DNA of 54,336 nt from Candidatus Hodarchaeota archaeon (GCA_016839815.1 JAEOTM010000070.1:1-54336); one strand, 5' to 3'; shown: positions 43,267 to 53,488, counted from the stretch's first letter. Notes: generated by a model from the sequence alone, not told the origin. Numbers and translations are program-made.

Positions 43267-45687
43267 ATGAATAATTTAGGTGATTTTATGAGTCTAGGAC
43301 TCGAGTCATTGGATTTAAATGATCAGGAAAGTAAACTTTACATAATTCTATTAGCAAATGGCCCACAAAGCTTAGGTGAACTGATTAAACACACAGAGTT
43401 TCCCTCAGCGGAGATAACCAGCGCACTGGAAGGGTTGAAGAAAAAAGATTATGCTTTTGATATCCCTGGTATTGCAACAAGATATCATGCAATTTTACCC
43501 TTTAAAGATTTAAAATCAGCAGGAGAAAATACGATTGCTGAATTGAAAGCTCTTGCATCACATATAGGAGAGCATACAGCACAAAAAATGGATGCTATTC
43601 TCTCTACAATGCGTGAAGAGTCAGAAAAGATGAAATCAGGTATTGCAGGAGCACAAACAACAGTAAATCAGTTTGAAACGCAAACTCAAACGGAAATGGA
43701 TGAATTCACTGCCAAATCTGTTTTAGAAATCGAACAAATTAATGAAGAGGGGAAGTTAAGTATCAATGAGATGATTAAGCAGAAGCAAACTGAACATCAG
43801 GAGCTAGTATCTGGAATTGGGGGTAATTTTGGACAAAAAGCTGAAAGCTTCCAGAATACATTTCAAAATTCTGGAAAGGCACTTGAAGAAAAGTATACCC
43901 TTGGATTAGATTCCTTGAAATCTGGAGAAACTAATCGAAATGCAAGCTTAAAAGGATCTTTTGAGAAATTATCAGCAGATTCAAAGACAAAGCTTGATCA
44001 GGGATTTGAAACAGTTCATGGTACAATGAAAACAACTGGAGAAACAGTGATTTCATCTATTGATTTACAAGAGAAGAACATTTCTGAATTCTTGACAAAC
44101 TCCTCCTCCGAAATATCAAATGCAGTTACCAGTACAAGTTCCGAGGGTAAGCAACAAATCAAAGAATCACTCAAAACATATAATGAAAGCTTATCAGAGA
44201 ATCTTAATACGAAGAAAGAGGTAGCACTCAATCTATTTCAAAGTTCACGAGATCAACTCACTAGTAAAACCATAGAAAATACCCAAAGTATCCAAGAATC
44301 AATAGGTGATATCCTAAATACAGCTCAAAATGAAATTTCAGAGATGGTACAGAAAATCAATGATTCTCTAAATGAGAAAATTAACGCTGCTAGGTCACAA
44401 GTTGATAATTCGATGGGAACTTATTCTGAATCGTTGAAAAAACAGGTAGAAAGTGATTTTGAAAAGGTTATTTCTGATACAACAGGAACCTTAACTGATC
44501 TCGTTTCCAATGCAAATAACACTTATGAAAAAGCTGTAACGGAGATAGAAACTCATTATACTCAATTCGAGACAAATTCGAGTACTCAGCTAAATTCTCT
44601 TAAAGAAACATCCATGAAAAATTTACAGGATACTATAAATTCACTTAAAGTGGAAGTTCAGAAACAAATCTCGGAATTTTCAGAAACAATGAAACCTCAT
44701 GAAGTATATCTTCAAGAAGAGCTACAACGTTTTTCATCTGAATTTTCCAATAGTCAGAATCAATCTCTTTCGACCTTTAATGAGACTATTGATTCTTTCA
44801 GGAATGAGATTACGAATAGGAACCAAGAATTGTCTTCACTCATACAAAGTGAAATGAATGAGCTAAAACAAACAGTTGAACAAGGGATAACTGAAATGAA
44901 TTCGTTGATTCAATCTTACGATGAGAAATATGGAACTTCTCTATTAGAAACTTCTACTAAAGCTTCAGAAGGATTGATTTCTAAATCTCGGGGGATGCAA
45001 GAAAAAACAATTGCAGTCATTAATTCAATGTCAAAATCAACAACACAGCAATTAAATGAAGTAAATGAAGTTATCTCCAATGGTATTCAAACAGAGATTT
45101 CCACTTTGGAAAGTGAACTTGGAGAATTTAGTGCAAAGTTCCAAGAGGTTTCAAAAAAGAATGAAGATGCACTAAAGAATTATCTTTTCTCCTTGGAGAG
45201 GCTAGCATCACTCGTAACAGATACAAAACATCCTGAAGTTCAAACTGCTCCAATAATATCTAAAGAAGCGAATATATCATATATTCAGGGGATGTTTAAT
45301 CGCTTAAAGGGAGGAATAACGCTACTGATCCCCTTTATTGAGGATATTCCAGTTGATCTGATCCTTGCGACAAAAAATCATCAACGAGTAAATTTAGTAA
45401 CAATGATTGACAAAGATACCCACATTGATTTATTAAAAAAGCTTTTACAGAAACCAAATGTAAGAGTCCGTCAGATAGACTCTCACAAGTTTGAAGGTGT
45501 AGAAGGATATTTAGCTGCAGATCGCGATGCAGAAGAGGTTCTTATCGGAGTTAAAGAAGATAATGGTGACACTATTGGTATCGCTAGCCAAGCAGACTCA
45601 TTTATCGTTTTAATGGGTAAAATCGTACTCGGAGATTATTTCTTAGCTCGTTCTACTGAAATAACTCGTGCAGAAGTAGGTGTGTAA
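43267..45687 (+). CDS. TrmB-like winged-helix protein with a ~560-aa central helical/coiled-coil region and a C-terminal TrmB-like effector domain
   Basis: LESLDLNDQESKLYIILLANGP...ALEGLKKK..A...PG.ATRYHA (TrmB wHTH); amphipathic helical middle; C-terminal alpha/beta domain with AADRDAEEVLIG. Confidence 0.7.
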   Translation: MNNLGDFMSLGLESLDLNDQESKLYIILLANGPQSLGELIKHTEFPSAEITSALEGLKKKDYAFDIPGIATRYHAILPFKDLKSAGENTIAELKALASHIGEHTAQKMDAILSTMREESEKMKSGIAGAQTTVNQFETQTQTEMDEFTAKSVLEIEQINEEGKLSINEMIKQKQTEHQELVSGIGGNFGQKAESFQNTFQNSGKALEEKYTLGLDSLKSGETNRNASLKGSFEKLSADSKTKLDQGFETVHGTMKTTGETVISSIDLQEKNISEFLTNSSSEISNAVTSTSSEGKQQIKESLKTYNESLSENLNTKKEVALNLFQSSRDQLTSKTIENTQSIQESIGDILNTAQNEISEMVQKINDSLNEKINAARSQVDNSMGTYSESLKKQVESDFEKVISDTTGTLTDLVSNANNTYEKAVTEIETHYTQFETNSSTQLNSLKETSMKNLQDTINSLKVEVQKQISEFSETMKPHEVYLQEELQRFSSEFSNSQNQSLSTFNETIDSFRNEITNRNQELSSLIQSEMNELKQTVEQGITEMNSLIQSYDEKYGTSLLETSTKASEGLISKSRGMQEKTIAVINSMSKSTTQQLNEVNEVISNGIQTEISTLESELGEFSAKFQEVSKKNEDALKNYLFSLERLASLVTDTKHPEVQTAPIISKEANISYIQGMFNRLKGGITLLIPFIEDIPVDLILATKNHQRVNLVTMIDKDTHIDLLKKLLQKPNVRVRQIDSHKFEGVEGYLAADRDAEEVLIGVKEDNGDTIGIASQADSFIVLMGKIVLGDYFLARSTEITRAEVGV

Positions 45688-45691
45688 ATCC

Positions 45692-46588
45692 TCACTTATT
45701 TCCTTTTCTTTTTCCAATAACCTTGATATATATCTCATATGGGGGATTTAATTCCTGTTCAGCAGTTATTGATTCATCGCGAAATAGATAGAGTAGAGAT
45801 ATTAAAACTCGTGCTCGAGTTAGTCGTTTTTGTTCTATTGAGCCTTCTTTTGTTTCCATTCCCCTAACAACTTTTGTAAATTCAGCCTCATCATTTTTAT
45901 CTTGTTTTGCTAAGGTCTGAATTATCTCAAATGTTCTATTGACAATATCTTCAATAGCTACCCGATCTAGATCAAGTTCATAATCGAAGTTTTCAAAATC
46001 AGATACTTCAAGTTTTCGTCTTTTCCGTGTTTCTTCCCCAGTCCCCTTTTGTTTTCTCTTCTCCTCCTTAATTTTTTCAATTTTAATTTTTTCATCTTCT
46101 TCCTGAAGTCCAAGCAATAATTCTGCATAGAATTCATCCGGATTAGCACTTTCTGCTAGGGATAATAATTCTCTAGTGATATAATAAGGCAACGGGATTT
46201 TAAACTGAAAAGCTCGTCTTTTAGTTCTTATGGAAATCTTTTCTTCTTGTTTTTTCTCGTATTGGATTGCTAAGCTGACTTTTTTCTTATGGATTCGTGC
46301 AGCAGAATAGATTGCTTGGCCTAGAATCCGAAAATCTAATCCCTGGTCCATTAATTTACTATGGAAATCAGGTAAAATTTCTTTTAACTTGAATTCTTTT
46401 ACGTAAGCTACTCTTTCAGGAAAAAGATCTGGGTTGATCAAATAAACATAAGGTTCTTCCAAGAAAAATTGTTCACGGTGACTGAAAAGCCTAATGTACT
46501 CGTCATCAGTATCAGAGGATTCATCCTCTGGGACATTTTCAGGTTCAGACATCTTAAACTTCCGGTTACTTTCGTTCTTTAAGTTCAT
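45692..46588 (-). CDS. scpA: Kleisin / segregation and condensation protein A
   Basis: LDFRILGQAIYSAARIHKKK N-terminal helical motif and ARVLISLLYL...EQE...EIYI C-terminal winged helix; TAATG overlap with smc. Confidence 0.75.
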   Translation of the reverse strand: MNLKNESNRKFKMSEPENVPEDESSDTDDEYIRLFSHREQFFLEEPYVYLINPDLFPERVAYVKEFKLKEILPDFHSKLMDQGLDFRILGQAIYSAARIHKKKVSLAIQYEKKQEEKISIRTKRRAFQFKIPLPYYITRELLSLAESANPDEFYAELLLGLQEEDEKIKIEKIKEEKRKQKGTGEETRKRRKLEVSDFENFDYELDLDRVAIEDIVNRTFEIIQTLAKQDKNDEAEFTKVVRGMETKEGSIEQKRLTRARVLISLLYLFRDESITAEQELNPPYEIYIKVIGKRKGNK

Positions 46589-49500
46589 TAAAATGCTTGA
46601 TCTCGCTCAAGTTGTTGATCTTCACTCATCTGGATAGAAAAGACTGAGCTTAGTCCTTTTACGTTTGTACAACCATATAATCTATCAGCCCAAGCCATTA
46701 AAATGTCACGATGACTAATAACAAGGAATTGAGCTGCAGGTGTGGTCGATTTTTTTGATTTTCTTTCTTCTTCTGTTCCATCCCTTCCAACACTTCTTGA
46801 CATTCGATAAAGTAGTTTTGCAACTCTCCTGACGTTCATCGGATCAAGAGCTGCATCAATTTCATCTAGAATATAGAAGGGCTGTGCATCAACGGTTTGT
46901 ACTGCAAAAATAAACGCCAATGCCGTCAGGGCTTTTTCTCCTCCTGACATGCTTTCTAATGAAGCAATCTTTTTCCCTGCAGGATGGGCCTCAATGAATA
47001 AGCCTCCCTCAAATATATCCTCTCCTTTCTTGGGGTCTTTTTCGAGGATAAGTCGCGCATCCCCACCAGATAGTTCGTTGAAAATTTGACCGAAATGCTT
47101 GTTGACAGATTTAAAGACCTTCATAAAAACAGAATACTTTTCTGTTTCAATTTCTTCAATGAAGTCAAGAATTACTTGACGTTCTTCAATTAGGATATCT
47201 CGTCGATCAAGGAGTTCAATATATCGTGAATTCTCTGACTGGAATTCTTTCAAGGCGCGCATGTTAACGGGTTCTAGTCGTTTTTTCTCTTCAGATTTTC
47301 GATTAATTTCCGAATTTATCTTCTGCTCGTTAACTTTCTCTAATTCTGCAGCATCAGAAGGCATAATTTCAATCTGTGCTTCCAACGCTTCACTCTGTAA
47401 TTTTTCTGTTTCTACTGCTACTCTTTCCCTCTGCAACTTGATTTCAGTGACTTTTTCTTCATCTTTGGTGATTTTTTCATTCAAACGTTCTTTATCTTTG
47501 ATTAACTGACCTTGATATTTCTTTTGGGTAGATAGATCAGATTTATAATCTTTAATTTCAGTAAGAAGGGTTTCCTCATTTTCTAAAATCTTCTCAAGAT
47601 CAGTATTAAATTGATCAACTTGCTCTTTCAGAACTTGGATTTCTCCTTCTAAATTCGCTGTTTCCACCTTAATTGTATTAATTTCATTCTTTGTCTCTGA
47701 TAATCTCGCAGTTCTTTCTTCTTTCTGGTTTTCAAGGCTTTCTATCCGAGAATCTATCCCACTTAACTGGCCTTGTGACTTTCCCAGTCTCTGTTCAATT
47801 TGATTCATTTTTTCAAGTAAAGGACGCGTATCCGCGGCTTCAAGTCGTTCCTCTATATTTCTAACCTCTTCCCCGATGACCTCAAGATTCTGTTCATGAT
47901 GATCCATTTCTTGTTTTTGCTTGTCTCTTTCTATTAATCGCTCTTCAAGTTTTTGCTTTAGTGGGTCAAGTTCTCCTTCAATACTTTGTTGATTATCACT
48001 ATATAATTTGACTTCACTTTCTTGTTGATTTAACTGAAGTGTAGCTCCTTGGATGCTTTTTTGAAGTTTTTCTAATGAAGAAATGATTACTTTTTCTATT
48101 CCAAGAAGTTTTTTCTGATTTTCTTTTTCCTGAGTCAAATTGGCTCTATATTCATCAAGTTTTGAGGTAATTTGTTCCATCTCGGATTGTAAGGAATCAA
48201 CTGATGCTTGTGCGGATAAAAGATGGAATCCCCCAAAGATTATCCCATTTGAGTAGAAAATATCACCGTCAGCGGTGGAAAGAGTTGAACTATGTTTTTT
48301 CCATTGATTAGCAGCTTCTGATAAGGAGGAAACAACCTGATTCTGTTCACGAACCTTTTTAACAATATTTGAGAAATTATCCGTTGTCTTCAGTTTAAAT
48401 TTCTCTAAAGGAATAAAATTTGCAGCTCCTATTGAATGTTCTTTCAAGAGATTAATACACTGCAGGCTAGAATCTATAGTATCAGTTATTATTGCATCAG
48501 AAAGATGTCCAACTTCTGGTGGTAGATTTATACCATCATCAGATAAATTCTGAAACTCTCCAAGAATTCCGGAAATAGTACCATCATTCTTCATCCCATT
48601 TATGTAGGATACGGCTGGATTTTCTTTTCCTGCTTCTGATTTCACAAAAGAGGAAATAGTCTCAATTTTTGCCTTGAGTACTAGCTGTTTGTCGCTAAGT
48701 TCTCTAACATGACCGTCAATAGTTTCAATATTTGAATCTAAGTTTTCTTTTTTTGTTTGGATTTCTTCTAATTTAGTAGAAGCCTCAGTTTGTTGTGCAC
48801 TCTCCTCCTCGATTTGTGCTTGTAATTCCTGAGCTCTATTCTTAGCAGAATTGATTTGATCCTCTGCCTCTGATTGACGTCGCTGGTATTCGTTAACATT
48901 ATTTTGAAATGCATTGACCATATTTTGTGAAACTTCAAAAGAAACTTGTGTCTTTGTCAACCTATCGTTTTCAATCTTTTGACGTCTTTCTGCATCTTCA
49001 AATTCCGCTTTTATTTCGTCATACTCTTGATTTTTAAGTTCCAGCTCCTCTTCAAGAGTATTACGATTATTTTGGATTTGTTCGATTCTCTCAACTAATT
49101 CATCCTTTTTCTGAATTAATTCTTCTTTTGTTTTACTATCGTCTTCAATTTTCTTTTGAATTTCTTCAGAGCGTGTCTCTAATTGTTTTACTCGATTCTC
49201 ATTAGATTTTATGGTCTTTTTATTATATTCTGATTTTTCCTGGACTTTGGTTTTTTCGATATTCTTCTCCTCTGCTGATGATCGAATTTCCTTTAGAGAG
49301 GTTTCCACTCGAATTAAAGAATCTTCTAAAGTTCTAATTTTCTCAGTTACTGCTTCTACGTTTGTATCAATCTGAGAACGCTCTGAAATAAGATTTTCCT
49401 GACCACTACGAATTGTAGCAATTTCTTCATCAAATTTTACTAGTGCCCGACTATTCTGATGAAAAGAATATGATATTAGAAGAGCTTTAAGTGATAAAAT

Positions 49501-50172
49501 TTCGGTATCAAGCTGTGTCCACCGTTCAGCGTCCTCTTTTTCCTTTCGAAGTGATTCAACACGTTTTGCTACTTCATTAACGAGAAGCTGTAACTCATCC
49601 ATTCTCTTATTTGCTTCTTCTAATTCTGAAAGGGCTGATTTCTTTTTAGTATCAAACTGTCCAACCCCTGCTAGATTTTCCATCATTTGTCGACGTTCAA
49701 TAGGATTCATTCCTACGATTTCGCCAACCTGTCCTTGAGCGATTATATTATAACTATTTACGACATCTATACCCGCAATTCTCAACTTATCCAGAATATC
49801 AGTTCGTGTTGTCCGTTTACCATTCAATCTATAGGTTCCTGACCCATTAGTTTTTAGTTCTCGGCTTACTACCACTTCTGGTTGCTTTATAGGAATGGCA
49901 TAATCACTATTGTCAAATACAATCTCAACAAATGCCTTTTCTGACTTCCTTTTACCTCCAATACCATTATAGATGAGTCCAACCATTTTATCTGCTCGCA
50001 TGCTTTTTTTAGAGAGAGCACCCAGACAAAAATTAACTGCATCAATTGAATTTGATTTTCCACTCCCATTTGGCCCGACTATCACTGTAAAGCCTTTAGC
50101 AAGGGGCATTCGGACGGTTCCGGGTCCATATGATTTCCAGCCGGTCATCCTGATTTCTTTGATATGTACCAA
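46588..50172 (-). CDS. smc: Chromosome segregation protein SMC
   Basis: Walker A GPNGSGKSN, Q-loop IIAQG, long coiled coils, hinge GX6GX3GG (GDIFYSNGIIFGG), PVNMRAL, MSGGEK, ILDEIDAALD, ISHR. Confidence 0.97.
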   Translation of the reverse strand: MVHIKEIRMTGWKSYGPGTVRMPLAKGFTVIVGPNGSGKSNSIDAVNFCLGALSKKSMRADKMVGLIYNGIGGKRKSEKAFVEIVFDNSDYAIPIKQPEVVVSRELKTNGSGTYRLNGKRTTRTDILDKLRIAGIDVVNSYNIIAQGQVGEIVGMNPIERRQMMENLAGVGQFDTKKKSALSELEEANKRMDELQLLVNEVAKRVESLRKEKEDAERWTQLDTEILSLKALLISYSFHQNSRALVKFDEEIATIRSGQENLISERSQIDTNVEAVTEKIRTLEDSLIRVETSLKEIRSSAEEKNIEKTKVQEKSEYNKKTIKSNENRVKQLETRSEEIQKKIEDDSKTKEELIQKKDELVERIEQIQNNRNTLEEELELKNQEYDEIKAEFEDAERRQKIENDRLTKTQVSFEVSQNMVNAFQNNVNEYQRRQSEAEDQINSAKNRAQELQAQIEEESAQQTEASTKLEEIQTKKENLDSNIETIDGHVRELSDKQLVLKAKIETISSFVKSEAGKENPAVSYINGMKNDGTISGILGEFQNLSDDGINLPPEVGHLSDAIITDTIDSSLQCINLLKEHSIGAANFIPLEKFKLKTTDNFSNIVKKVREQNQVVSSLSEAANQWKKHSSTLSTADGDIFYSNGIIFGGFHLLSAQASVDSLQSEMEQITSKLDEYRANLTQEKENQKKLLGIEKVIISSLEKLQKSIQGATLQLNQQESEVKLYSDNQQSIEGELDPLKQKLEERLIERDKQKQEMDHHEQNLEVIGEEVRNIEERLEAADTRPLLEKMNQIEQRLGKSQGQLSGIDSRIESLENQKEERTARLSETKNEINTIKVETANLEGEIQVLKEQVDQFNTDLEKILENEETLLTEIKDYKSDLSTQKKYQGQLIKDKERLNEKITKDEEKVTEIKLQRERVAVETEKLQSEALEAQIEIMPSDAAELEKVNEQKINSEINRKSEEKKRLEPVNMRALKEFQSENSRYIELLDRRDILIEERQVILDFIEEIETEKYSVFMKVFKSVNKHFGQIFNELSGGDARLILEKDPKKGEDIFEGGLFIEAHPAGKKIASLESMSGGEKALTALAFIFAVQTVDAQPFYILDEIDAALDPMNVRRVAKLLYRMSRSVGRDGTEEERKSKKSTTPAAQFLVISHRDILMAWADRLYGCTNVKGLSSVFSIQMSEDQQLERDQAF

Positions 50173-50463
50173 ATGTCGGGCCCCTGATATGAGATTAAAA
50201 GAAGTGCATTATTACCAGATTGATTACTTGAATTAAAGCCCTTCCTAATAAAACTTCATTCTTTTCAATGACTTTGATTGAAATGACTATTAAAAAGGTA
50301 TTCAAATAAGTTATTACTCGTTCTATGGAGTGGGGTGGAATCATTGAAATGAAAGAGATTGGAAAGTGCAAATATGAAAAAAAACAAAGATTTTTTGTGC
50401 ATGATCAATAAGTAAAGTAAACTCAAGACATTTACTAAAGAACGAAAACAGAAAAATTAAGTA

Positions 50464-51024
50464 TTATACTTTTCCTTTTCTTTCTCTCTCCACAAGTAAG
50501 ATCCCTAGATGAGAAAATGGTGAACTTATTCCTTCACCAGATTTTGCTGAACAAAAATAGTAACCAGACAATCCATAATCTTTTACAAACTTATCCGCAG
50601 CTTCCGCTATCAACTTTCGTTTCTCCTCTCCTATTGTATCTATCTTGTTTCCCAATAGAATTACTGGAAGATCAGGATCATTATGTTCTTTCATCATTTT
50701 AAGCCATTCAGGAATTTCAGAGAGTGTTTGAATCCGTGACGTATCGAACGCCACAATTCCTCCTGATGATCCTTGGCAATAACCTGGAAAAAGAGATTTG
50801 AATCTATCTTCTCCTGCATAATCCCAATACGCAATACGAAGTATAGTCTCCCCGATTTCGTGATCTAAGACCAGAAAATTTACCCCCACAGTGCTAATTG
50901 CTGGGATGTAATTATTGGTTTCAAGCCGTTTTAGTAATGTAGTTTTTCCCACTCCTCCAGGACCTGCTACAACTACTTTTACTGTTAAGACATCAGGGGT
51001 AAACTGAAACTTTGTACTAGTCAT
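50464..51024 (-). CDS. Rab-like small GTPase
   Basis: GPGGVGKTT, STVGVNF, WDYAGEDRF, NKID, CSAK. Confidence 0.93.
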   Translation of the reverse strand: MTSTKFQFTPDVLTVKVVVAGPGGVGKTTLLKRLETNNYIPAISTVGVNFLVLDHEIGETILRIAYWDYAGEDRFKSLFPGYCQGSSGGIVAFDTSRIQTLSEIPEWLKMMKEHNDPDLPVILLGNKIDTIGEEKRKLIAEAADKFVKDYGLSGYYFCSAKSGEGISSPFSHLGILLVERERKGKV

Positions 51025-51049
51025 TCGTATATCAATCCGAGGAATTATG

Positions 51050-51568
51050 CTATGATTTTTGTTTCGCTAAGATCCGAATTACAAGCCGATGAAGAAGTTC
51101 TTGGGTATTTTTGCCTGTAATAGCACTAGTTGTAAAGTATTCATCAATATTGTATTGATTTCTGAACTCATTAATATCTACAGGAGAAATTGAGACGCCA
51201 AGGTCGGCTTTTGTGGATACTAAGAAATTAATACTTTCTTTTTCTCTTCCATATACTCTTATCCATTCATGCAGTGCAGTAAAAGTTTGCTCTCGTGAAG
51301 GATCAAACGCCAAGATTAATCCATCACAATCAGAAGCGTACTGAGGGAAAATCATCTGAAAACGAGGTTCTCCTCCGAAATCAAATAAGTGGACGTCGAT
51401 GATGTCACCATTTTCTAGGGGAATGCTTTTCACAGTAAAATCAAAACCTACTGTAGAATAAAGGTCTTTTAGGGGAAATTTTTCATGTATAAATCGATGT
51501 ACAAGTGATGATTTCCCCACACGTTTTTCTCCTGCAATTACCACTTTAACTGATTTGTTCTGTGACAC
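51050..51568 (-). CDS. Rab-like small GTPase
   Basis: GEKRVGKSS, STVGFDF, FDFGGEPRF, TKAD, TSAITG. Confidence 0.92.
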   Translation of the reverse strand: MSQNKSVKVVIAGEKRVGKSSLVHRFIHEKFPLKDLYSTVGFDFTVKSIPLENGDIIDVHLFDFGGEPRFQMIFPQYASDCDGLILAFDPSREQTFTALHEWIRVYGREKESINFLVSTKADLGVSISPVDINEFRNQYNIDEYFTTSAITGKNTQELLHRLVIRILAKQKS

Positions 51569-51733
51569 CCAGTATTCCCATTCCGAAGATTAACTCTTTT
51601 CAAATTGGTTTCGAGTTTTATGATAATAATCTGCAATTATTCTATTTCGTTAAGTTTCATTTAAATCTTCTCAATTAGCCTTTTGCCAATAATATCTCAT
51701 TTGGTGCCATATATCTTGAGAGGAAGAATTAAA

Positions 51734-52954
51734 TTATGTATTTTCGTTTAGATTTTGATTGGTAGGTGCTTCTTCGTCCTTATTATCAACAATAGGAGGG
51801 TTTATTTTTGGTAAATGAATTTCAGCTGTTTTTAAGAGCATGGAAAGTTCTTCAGCATGCAAAGCGACGGTAGAAAGTAAAGAAAAGACAGCTTCATACT
51901 TCTCATTTACTTTTCGATCAATTACAGCTTGAATTTCGCTTTGGATTCGTTCTAATTCTTCTTTATAGGTTTGTATGCTCTGAGATTGAGATTCAATTTT
52001 TGATTCATACTCACCCATCGAATTCTGAATATTCTGAGTCATTTCTTCTCTTGTACGTGTTGTTTGTAGCTGAAGTTCTTCACTAAAACTAGCGAACGAT
52101 TGTTGAAGCTCCTCTCCAACTTTTTTTCTTGTATAATGCTCTGATACTTCATTTAGGATTTGTATGTCTGATTCCTTAAGATTCTGAGCTGTTAAGGTGA
52201 TTTCAGTTCTGATATTTTCATTAAAACTCTCAAGCATTCTGGAGAAGTTCTCAAAATGTATTTGTTGGTCTTTTTTAGTGATTGAGATTATTTCTTGTAG
52301 TTTCTCTTTGAAACTTTGTAAGCTTTCCCTTACGCTATTGAACGCTTCAGTATGAGACTGTGTCAAATTGTCTAAAGAGATAATGTTATTTTCCATCGAA
52401 TTTGCATTTTTTGTTAATGTTTCAAATTGTGTCCGTAATAAATCTCCTAAACCAGAAACAGATGCTTTTAAACTGGATTCTGTTTCGATAAGGCGGTTTG
52501 AAAATTCAGTATGCCCTTCTTTTAGTTCTTCCGTCAGTTTTACTATCTTTTCGTCCTGAGTGGTGAATAGGGTATGAGTTTTCTCATTTTCTTCTTTTTG
52601 TGAAGAAAATTTATCATTAAAGTGATTTTCTTGAGTTCCGATAACTTCAGTCAATGCTTTTACCTCTGAAGTAAAGTATTCCTTTTGATCCTCTAGAGAT
52701 TGCCTAAGTGCTTGAATTTCGGTGACTGAATTCTCCTCCACTGTCTTTAATTTTGCATCGAAACTCTCTTTAAACTCGTTGAACTTCTTACCAAGCTCTA
52801 TGTCAAGTTCTTGGTGGTTTGATTTAATATTGCTTATCTCAGTCTTTAATTCGTCAATAGAGATGGTATTCTTTTCAAGATATGTTGTTAATTCGAGAAC
52901 TCTTTGAACTAGTTCTAGATCATCCGAATTCGGTGTAATTTCTTCTTCAGTCAA
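51734..52954 (-). CDS. Long coiled-coil protein
   Basis: ~370 aa of E/Q/K/S-rich amphipathic helix; overlaps the upstream gene by 8 bp. Confidence 0.7.
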   Translation of the reverse strand: MTEEEITPNSDDLELVQRVLELTTYLEKNTISIDELKTEISNIKSNHQELDIELGKKFNEFKESFDAKLKTVEENSVTEIQALRQSLEDQKEYFTSEVKALTEVIGTQENHFNDKFSSQKEENEKTHTLFTTQDEKIVKLTEELKEGHTEFSNRLIETESSLKASVSGLGDLLRTQFETLTKNANSMENNIISLDNLTQSHTEAFNSVRESLQSFKEKLQEIISITKKDQQIHFENFSRMLESFNENIRTEITLTAQNLKESDIQILNEVSEHYTRKKVGEELQQSFASFSEELQLQTTRTREEMTQNIQNSMGEYESKIESQSQSIQTYKEELERIQSEIQAVIDRKVNEKYEAVFSLLSTVALHAEELSMLLKTAEIHLPKINPPIVDNKDEEAPTNQNLNENT

Positions 52955-53381
52955 TCTTAGTCTTCTCCTTAAAGTCTAATAATGAATCTTCTAATGATAT
53001 TCTAATATCCTCAAGACGATTGAATAATCGGGTTTCAATACTTTCTTGTAGAATAAAATCGTTGATTTTGACTTTTTCACGGATTACTGGAGCGAAGCGT
53101 TTCCAATGAGACTCAATTTCATTTATATTTTTCAAATTGGAGACAATCAGTACCTTCAATTCCTCATTTAAGGTATTTACAAGGAGTCCATATGATTCAC
53201 TACCAACTTGAATCTCTAAAAATCCCTCCTCAACAGTTGGGATTCTCTTAATCGCCAGATAGAAGTTTGGGTTTTTCTGAACTACAGGGAATAGCTCCTG
53301 AGGTGTTTGGATAAATATACCCCCGACAGAGAAACCTACAGCGAATTTATCAAGTAACTCTCGGAGACTCATTGGAAACAC
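52947..53381 (-). CDS. Hypothetical small alpha/beta protein (possible roadblock/longin/profilin-like fold)
   Basis: Apparent helix-strand-strand-helix-3 strands-helix pattern (GGIFIQT, FLEIQV, YGLLVN, LKVLIVS); fold call is inference. Confidence 0.5.
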   Translation of the reverse strand: MFPMSLRELLDKFAVGFSVGGIFIQTPQELFPVVQKNPNFYLAIKRIPTVEEGFLEIQVGSESYGLLVNTLNEELKVLIVSNLKNINEIESHWKRFAPVIREKVKINDFILQESIETRLFNRLEDIRISLEDSLLDFKEKTKID

Positions 53382-53488
53382 AGGTATAGATTTTAATTAA
53401 TAGATTCCATACGGTAAAGACTCTTAAGATAATCGTTATTCAAGAAAAGTAAAAAGCTCATTCAACTCCCATTCTTATAGTGATTCAT

